Shown: positions 55,618 to 64,000 of the stretch, piece after piece | Numbering within the stretch: the first letter of the stretch is position 1 | Layout of the letters: each line of letters opens with the position of its first letter | From: Octopus vulgaris | Taxonomy: Eukaryota | Length of the DNA: 64,000 nucleotides | Direction of reading: 5' to 3' | Assembly: GCA_951406725.2 (NCBI GenBank) | Contig: OX597828.1 | Location: 16,368,001-16,432,000 of the forward strand | Made by a program: the position numbers and the translations under genes | Notes under the pieces: model-generated | The model's database searches: none | Seen by the model: the letters and a program-made list of their open reading frames with translations, nothing else | What the model was told of the DNA's origin: nothing

Positions 55618-56582
55618 GGTTGGCAGGAGGAGAAGTTGAGGTATGAGTGTGAGTCGGTGTGTTTGTAGTGGATGGAGGTAGTGAAAGTGGAGTGGTGTAT
55701 GTTGACCGGAATGTCAAGAAAAGCGACTGAAGTATTGGAAATGGTACAGGAGAATTCGAGGGCGAGATGGATGTATTGGAGAAAAGAGAGGAAGAAGTTT
55801 AGTTGTTTGCGGGAGACGAGGTCGCACCGATACAGACATCAATATAACGACCGTATAGTTCGGGAGTGGGACCAGTGAATCTTGAAAATATTAAGGCCTC
55901 AACGTAACCAACGAACAGGTTCGCATAGTTGGGCCCATTCTCGTTCCCATGGCTACTCCCGAGAAATGTTGATAAAAGCAGTTGAGGGAGAGAACGAAAA
56001 GCAGTTGAGGGAGAGAACAAGTTCGGCCAGACGAAGAAGTGTGGACGTGTCAGGTTGGGGATTGTGTCGAAGGTATAGGAAGTGTTTGAGGGCAACAATT
56101 CCTTCGTAGTGTGGGATCACCGTATATAGACTCTTGATATCAAGAGTGAAGAGAAGTTTAGAGGGGCCAGGAGGGAAGGAGAAAGAGTTGAAAAGACGAA
56201 GAGCATGGTTAATGTCGTGGTTGTGTGAGGAGAGGGAAGCTACTTGGGTGGTGGGCAAGGACACGGTCGAGGTATTTAGAGATGAGTTCTGTGGGGCAGT
56301 TACAGGCGGAGACGATGTGACAGCCAGGGTTGTTGGGTTTGTGGTTTTGGGGAAGGAAGTAAATGGTAGAGGTGCGAGAAGTACGGACAATGAGGTTGGA
56401 GGCGGTGGGAGGGAGAAGGAGATGCGATCATGGATAGTGGATGACACCGTCTGTTAGTAGCTTGTCATGGGGTTGGAAGGAAGAGGGCAGTAGAAGGAGG
56501 TGTCTTGAAGTTGACGGAGTGCTTCGGCCTTGTAACGGTCCGCGCGCCAGACGATACGGCTCCAGCCTTGTTTTAAGATAAC

Positions 56583-56588
<6 letters not shown>
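55618..56588 (-). pseudogene. Penelope-like element reverse transcriptase remnant
   Basis: LFTLDIKSLYTVIPH, LLRLAELVLSLNCFSF, GPNYANLFVGYVE, YGRYIDV (YIDD), VAFLDI, IHYKHTDSHSYL motifs; frameshifted; upstream end abuts (TA)n. Confidence 0.93.
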
Positions 56589-56638
<50 letters not shown>

Positions 56639-56639
56639 T

Positions 56640-56851
56640 TGTTTTTTTTTGTTTCAGTTATTTCACTGTGGCCATGCTGGAGCACCGCCTTTAGCCGAGC
56701 AAATCGACCCCAGGACTTATTCTTTGTGAGCCCAGTACTAATTCTATCGGTCTCTTTTGCAGAACCGCTAGGTTACGGGGACGTAAGCTCACCGGCATCG
56801 GTTGTCAAGTGATGTCGGGAGGCGAGGTCAAACACAGACACACATACATAT

Positions 56852-56908
<57 letters not shown>

Positions 56909-56918
56909 TATATATAAG

Positions 56919-56955
<37 letters not shown>

Positions 56956-57105
56956 ACGGGCTTCTTTCAGTTTTCGTCTACCAAATACCTTCACAAGTCT
57001 TTGGTCGGCTTGAGGCCATAGTAGAAGACACTTGCCGAAGATGACACTGAACCTGGCACCATATGGCTGGTAAGTAAGCTACTTACCACACTGCCACTCT
57101 TGTGC

Positions 57106-57107
<2 letters not shown>
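56640..57107 (-). mobile_element. SINE family A
   Basis: Consensus match. Confidence 0.92.
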
Positions 57108-57171
<64 letters not shown>

Positions 57172-57649
57172 AGATATAATTGTTATTAGCGGTGGAAACA
57201 GTATTGATTCAGAATAGCAAAGTTGTAATTGCGTATATCTTTTGTATATCTTCCTCAACGTGGTTATACATATAGAAAAACACAAAACTGCCGCATTCCT
57301 CTTTCACATATAGACATTTAGTGCTAAAAAGCACAGATACGTATCAGTAACAGACAAAACGTCTCCATCAACGGTGGCAGATGCGCTAAATCATGATGTC
57401 TGTCTTAATACGAACTGCTAGCAATAGCCACAAAATTTCCTTGAAATCAATTCTCACCATAGAAAGAAAAAAATATGAAATAAATAAAATATAAAATAAA
57501 GGGTAGGGCTATGTTGAACGATGTAGTTTGATATATTATATACAGAGGTCGCCACGCTTGGAACGCCTTCATGTATGCTACGGTAGACTGTGATTTGGGT
57601 GAATGTAGGAGAGGATGACCCGAGAATATAAAGACTTTTAAAGACTATA

Positions 57650-57753
57650 AAAGTATTTAACGTTTCAAGCCTACGCTCTTCCACAGAAAGGAACACAGAA
57701 AGAAACAAGGAGAGAAAATAAAGAATGTATAGTGGTTAGCGATCTATCATTGC

Positions 57754-57755
<2 letters not shown>
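57650..57755 (-). mobile_element. PLE-like fragment with variant minimal hammerhead (57656-57689)
   Basis: UUU-CUGUGGA-A-GAGC(GUAG)GCUU-GAAA-CG-U-U-AAA; homologous to 53090-53205. Confidence 0.65.
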
Positions 57756-57784
<29 letters not shown>

Positions 57785-57787
<3 letters not shown>

Positions 57788-58658
57788 GGTGTGATGGGTG
57801 AATTGTTGCCATTATATATTTTTAATTTCATGCATGATGCGCATTGCTTGTTTTTGATTTTGTCGACTACACAGTATAGTAGGGTCAGTTGGGCACCGCC
57901 TGTGAGAAAAACAGCACCATGACACAATTCACTCTGCCAGAAATTTGGAAACGACATGCTGTACTGCTTGGCATTTGCGCCGGAAGCTCCAATACCAATA
58001 TTTCAGAGAGTTTGAGTGTCAATCTGAGGACAGTGCATGTACCTAGAATGATAAACATCAGTCATCCACTCAGCATCATGGTGTTTGGAGTGATCACGAG
58101 TGATGGCGACGTTATGCCTACATTCATCTTCCCACACGGCCTCGCACTCAACATGGAGGCCTACATCATGTGCCTGGGGCAGTTAGTGTTGCCCTGTGTG
58201 AAGAAGGCGGCTGCTGGAAGCCCCTATGTCTGTCAACAGGACTCTGCACAATGCCACATAAGCAGGAGAACCCAGTCATGGCTGTCAGACAATTTCTGCA
58301 ACCACATCACTCCTAAAATTTGACCACCTAAATCCCCAGACTGCAACCCCCTTGATTATTTCGCGAGAGACGCAGTTGAGCCGGAGACCGACTAAGCTCC
58401 TTGTAACACCACAGGTGAACTGAAGACAAGGATTATGGCAGCATTCACCAACTTTAACAAGGGGACCGGCCAGAAGAGTTGCAGAAAATTCCGAAGTCGT
58501 CTGGAGGCTCTGGTTGAAGCCAATGGTGATTTTATTGAATAAATTTACTCTTTAGTATTTCAAGATATTTTTATGTAATTCTGGTAAATACATCTGTTAA
58601 ATTGAGATGTCAGTATTATTTTCATTTCTGCGTAATTTAGACTGCAATTCCTTCACCG

Positions 58659-58660
<2 letters not shown>
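57785..58660 (+). mobile_element. Internally deleted maT (DD37D) transposon
   Basis: MVFGVITSDG, QQDSAQCH and SPDCNPLDY with 37 residues between the last two catalytic D; flanked by TA. Confidence 0.88.
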
Positions 58661-58705
<45 letters not shown>

Positions 58706-58789
58706 AATAAAATAGAACATAGGCATATATATAAACATATATGTACGTACCTACCTCTACATGTACATATACACGCATATATGTGTACA

Positions 58790-59280
58790 GGACACCAAAA
58801 AGACGTCGAACACATAGAGAGACGAAAAACATAGACACAAACCAAGGAATGGGACAAGCAAAACAAAGGGATACAGGACAATAAGCACAACGAAAAATCC
58901 CCTTCTTCAGTCGCTAAGGTTTCATCTACTCTACGTTTCGAAGGATAAAAGCGAGACGTATCTTCGAAGAAACTTCCTTCCTGCGAAAAGCAAATCAATT
59001 AAAATTCTGAGATCTTTTCGCAGAGGGGTAAAAAATGGTAAAAAAAAGGCAAGACGGTAACGACAGTACAAACATATAAACAGTAAAAAATATATATATA
59101 AACAGTGGAAAAATAAATATATAACAGTGAGAGACAGGACAAGGAGAACAAGATAAGAAGGGCTGTTTACGCCAGACGAAAAAAGTATTGCAAACGCTGG
59201 ATTATAGTGGACGACGAGAGAGAAGGAATGTCGACCAGTAGCCTTAGAAGGCGGGCGAGAAAAGACAGGATAGCAGTTAC

Positions 59281-59287
<7 letters not shown>
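58790..59287 (-). mobile_element. PLE-like non-coding fragment abutting (TA)n
   Basis: Homologous to 43515-43760; GAAACGUA and CUGAAGA boxes. Confidence 0.55.
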
Positions 59288-59356
<69 letters not shown>

Positions 59357-59659
59357 GTGTGTGTGTGTGTGTGTGTGCGTCTGTGTGTGTCTGTGTTTGT
59401 CCCAACTGTCGCTTATTCAACCAGTGTCGGCTTGTTTACGTCCCCGTAACTTAGCGGCTTGGCAAAAAGCGACTAATAGAATGAATACCAGGCTTTAACG
59501 AAATTAAGTACTGGTGTAGATTCCTTCAACTAGGAGTTCTTCAAGGCGGTGCTCCAGCATGGCCACAGTCTGATTTCTAAAATAGATAGTAATAGATATA
59601 CTTTTACAATACACAAAATATCTAATTTTTTTATGTAATTCCTCATAATTAATAATCTT

Positions 59660-60235
59660 TTCTATTATAGACACAGAGCCTGAAATTTTGGGGGAGGGGA
59701 CTAGTCGATTATTTCGATCCCAGTGTTTCACTTGTAATTAATTTTTCGACCCCGAAAGGATGAAAGGCAAAGTCGACCTCGACGGAATTTGAACTCAGAA
59801 CGTAACGGCAGACGAAATATCTATTTCTTTACTACCCACACGGGGCTAAACACAGAGGGGAGAAACAAGGACAGACAAAGGGATTAAGTCGATTACAGCA
59901 CCCAGTGCGCAACTGGTACTTAATTTATCGACCTCGAAAGGATGAAAGTCAAAGTCGACCTCGGCGGAATTTGAACTCAGAACGTAATGCAGACGAAATA
60001 CCTATTTCTTTATTACCCACAAGGGGCTAAACATAGAGGAGACAAACATGGACAGACATAGGTATTAAGTCGATTATATCGACCCCAGTGCTTAACTTGG
60101 TACTTAATTTATCGACCCCGAAAGGATGAAAGGCAAAGTCGACCTCGGCGGAATTTGAACTCAGAACGTAACGGCAGACGAAATACCGCTAAGCATTTCG
60201 CCCGGCGTGCTAACGTTTCTGCCAGCTTGCTGCCT
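59660..60235 (-). mobile_element. SINE family B head-to-tail trimer
   Basis: Units rejoin at aaagaaata/g(g,a)tatttcgtctgc at 60002 and 59821. Confidence 0.93.
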
Positions 60236-60835
60236 TTTTCCTAAAAATTAGTATTAAAAAACAATAATTTCTTTTTCGATATACATTGAATTATTGTGGA
60301 GGTCCAGTCGTGTAAAATAGGAAGCAAAGGGATTCCATATGCAAAAATTGGTTGAGAAACACTCTGTTAGAGAGAGGAGGGAGTGGATGAGTAGAAAGAG
60401 AGAGAGAGAGAGTGGAGGGAGAGATTGAGAAAGAGGGAGGGAGAGAGATTGAGAGTGGGCTAGAGGAAAGAATGAGAAAGCGGAGTAGGGGATACAAATA
60501 TGTAAAAGGGGTTGTGAAATGAGTAGTGGAGTTAGATAAAGGTATGATAAAGGATGGTTTAGTAGGAAGCAAAAAAACGTAGAAGGGTGAGATAAGAGTA
60601 GGGGAATGAGAAGAAGAGAATGGGAGAGTGGTGAGAAGAGAAGAGAGAAGGGACAAGGAAGTATGATGATGGAAGGCTGCGCTGGATTAACTATTATCTA
60701 AAATAAACACGTGCTTAGGGCACCAAAGGAAGGTGGTAGTGAGGGACCACGGAAATGGTAATTGGTTTACGGCACAAAAGAAATCACTTAAAACTAACTA
60801 AAGTAATATTATTCGAAGTGGTTTATATGATCGGT

Positions 60836-61172
60836 GAAGGAGCATGGCTCAGTGGTTAGAGCGTCGAGCTTACGATCGTGAGGTTGTGAGCTCGAATCCC
60901 GGACCAGGCTGCGTGTTGTGTTCTTGAGCAAGGCACTCTATTTCAGGTTGCTCCAGTTCACTCACCTGTAGAAATGAGTTGCGACGTCACAGATGCCAAG
61001 CTGTATCGGCCCCTTTGCTTTTCCTTTGGATAACACTTGTGGTGTGGAGAGGGGAGGCCGGTATGCATGGGCAACTGCTGGTCTTCCATAAAACAACCTT
61101 GCCCGGACTTGTGCCTGGGAGTGTAACTTTCTAGGTGCAATTCCATGGTCAGTCATGACCGAAAGGGGTCTC
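60836..61172 (+). mobile_element. SINE family C, full length
   Basis: Matches 23978-24313. Confidence 0.93.
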
Positions 61173-61325
61173 AGATATTATATGATCGAAAATATAATCT
61201 CAGGGTGTTCATAGTGTCATAATGGCGATCTGATCAAAGAGACTGCAATTAAAAAAGGTAGGAGAAAAGTTGTCAAATGAACAATATTTTTATACAAAAG
61301 TAAACATTATTTTCCTTATCATTAC

Positions 61326-61394
<69 letters not shown>

Positions 61395-61444
61395 TGTTGT
61401 TGTTATTATTATTATTACTATTATTACTATTTTTGTTATTATTA

Positions 61445-61490
<46 letters not shown>

Positions 61491-61527
61491 TGTTGTTGTT
61501 ATTATTATTATTACTATTATTACTATT

Positions 61528-61596
<69 letters not shown>

Positions 61597-61620
61597 ATTA
61601 TTATTATTATTATTATTATT

Positions 61621-62170
61621 GAGTGAGAGAGCAGTTCATGCCATCAAAGTGACACTGGGGTAAAATATACGAAGCCCAATATACCCATCATGACTACCCG
61701 TCTGATAAAGGTACACCAGGCACATGCATCACAACCATATATGCGCGACATGGTGATCTCATATCCAGATAAACAGCACATGACCTTGCAGGTGGGGCCC
61801 AGTTAGAATTTTCTTCAGGTTGAGTAACCCATCCCGCTCAAACGGTCCCTGAATAAGGGTTGTTTAAGGATGTTGAAAGAACCACCCATGTTTCCAGAGG
61901 TGAACTATTCAAACCCCAAAGAATCCCTCTCAACACATGGCTATGATGCTCCCCCACTACTTCTGTTCGTGATCAGAGATGCACATATCGTCAGCCACTA
62001 AGGGACATGCTCAACTGGTTAAGGTCAAACAACTGACAAGCAAATCTGTGGTATTGAGCAGAATATTTGCTGTAGCCCATCTTTTATACCAAGACAAAAC
62101 AATGTACATGATAACACTTCCAATCAGTTAAGATCAGAAGCCATGAGAGCCACTGCCTGGTACTGCATCA
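61621..62170 (-). mobile_element. Family F 550-bp element in (ATT)n
   Basis: Collinear with 12371-12922. Confidence 0.88.
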
Positions 62171-62175
62171 TGGTA

Positions 62176-62244
<69 letters not shown>

Positions 62245-62289
62245 TGTTAGTTTTGTTTCATTTTGAAAAAAAAAAAAATTGAATGCTTG

Positions 62290-62550
62290 TGTGAGACCAT
62301 CAGTCGCCCATGTATACCAGTCTGTTCTTTCCACGCCACCGATGATGTCTAAGGAAAAGAGGCAAAGGGGCCGATACAGCTTGGCACCAGTGACGTCGCA
62401 AATCGTTTCTACAGATGAGTGGACTGGAGCAACGTGAAATAAAGTGTCTTGCTCAAGAACACAACACACAGTCCGATCTGGGAATCGAACTTAAAAGTTC
62501 ACGATTGTAAGCCGGAAACTAGATGTTCCAAGCACTGAGCCATGCGCCTT
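62290..62550 (-). mobile_element. SINE family C, 3' truncated
   Basis: Consensus match. Confidence 0.88.
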
Positions 62551-62589
62551 CACACACACGCACGCGCGCACGCTTACACACGCATACAG

Positions 62590-62654
62590 AGAGATAAAGA
62601 GTGAGAGAGAAAGAGAGAAGTATTGAGTGAAGGAAAAAGAAAGAGAGGAGTAAA

Positions 62655-62685
<31 letters not shown>

Positions 62686-63434
62686 GAGGTATGTAAGTGT
62701 GTAGAGAATGGAGAGGAAGAAAAACAGAGCGGGTGAAGAGATAGAGAGATAGAGAGAAACTGTAAGAGAGTAGCAAGGGGAGAAGGCGGAGAGAAAAGCG
62801 TGAGAGAAGATAGAGAGAATAAATAAGAGAGTAGTGAAGCGAGTGAGAGGAGAGAGAGAGAGATAGGGAGGGGGAGAGGGGGAGAGGGAGTAAGAAAGGG
62901 AGAGAGGGAGAAAGAGAGAGAGAGAGAGAGAGAGTGAAACATTCAGAAAGAGTGATAAGAGTGAGAGAGGGGGTGGATTTGAATATTTGTCAGTTAAGGT
63001 AAGACAAGGGACAGAAGAAATGGATGCAAAGATTGGCAGGAATAAGGATACAAGAACGGCAGCTGCAGCACCTGCAGCAGCAGTATGTAGGGTAGTAGCA
63101 GTAGTAGTAGTAGTAGTGATTGTGGTAGAACAGTAGTAGTAGCAGCAGCAGCTGTACTAGTAGTAGTAGTAGTAGCGGAGCAAAGTATGAAGGGTGAATC
63201 GGGTGTACGTTTTTGTTAGAGAAATCCGATGAGAAATGAAGATTTTTCTTCCGAGAGAGAGAAGGAGAAATTAGAAGAAAAGAGAGTAAATGGAGGGAGA
63301 GAGAGAGGGAGAGGGAGAGAGAGGGAGAGAGGGAGAGAGGGAGAGAGGGAGAGAGGGAGAGAGAGAGAGTGAGAGCGAGAGAAAGAGAAAGACAAAGAGA
63401 GAATGTGTGTATTTGTGTGTCAGCGAGAAAAACG

Positions 63435-63486
<52 letters not shown>

Positions 63487-63659
63487 AGAGAGCGAGAGAA
63501 AGAGAAAGACAAAGAGAGCTTGTGTGTATTTGTGTGTCAGCGAGAAAAACAGCGTGAAAGAGTGAAAGGGAAAAACAGCGTGAAAGAGTGAAAGGGAAAA
63601 ACAGCCGGAAAGAGAGAGAGTGCATCTGTGTTTATGCGTGTGTGTTTATGCGTGTGTGT

Positions 63660-63716
<57 letters not shown>

Positions 63717-63720
63717 GAAT
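62590..63720. repeat. (GA)-rich low-complexity region with local tandem duplications
   Basis: Directly visible; for example aaaaacagcgtgaaagagtgaaaggg repeated. Confidence 0.9.
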
Positions 63721-64000
63721 CGACGAAAGATATTTGCTAAGATTGAGAGATATCCTCTCGCACACACACACACACATATATATATTATACATGTATATAT
63801 GAGTGTGTGTGTGCGTGTATGTGTATTCATGTGTGTGTGTGTGTGTGTCTATGTGAATATCTGAGTGTGTACGCACACACATCTACATACACTCATATAA
63901 GTGCATACTAATGCAGTGCAATTTAAAACTGAAACTGCGCGATAAATAACCCGTATTTTTATATGTATCTTCGCAGACATACGCATACACAAACATGTCT

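Overview
AT-rich eukaryotic non-genic DNA, intergenic or deep intronic. It is almost entirely microsatellites, tRNA-derived SINEs and decayed transposons. The repeat landscape looks like an octopus (coleoid cephalopod) genome; this is inferred from repeat style and a TTAGGG repeat, not proven. I recognise no intact protein-coding gene, and nearly all ORF-track entries are microsatellite translations. Recognisable elements: R4/Dong-clade LINE remnants in (AAT)n tracts, a Penelope-like (PLE) RT remnant capped by TTAGGG repeats, mariner, maT, hAT and Helitron elements, and at least five SINE families. The main unexplained signal is a set of hammerhead-ribozyme (HHR) motifs in short PLE-type non-autonomous elements. 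The best example (about 14600-14991) joins a tRNA-like Pol III promoter head, a minimal type I hammerhead and a PLE-style inverted copy of its own tail. It is a candidate ribozyme-bearing SINE mobilised by Penelope-like elements. SINE and LINE boundaries are approximate unless a TSD or TIR is quoted.
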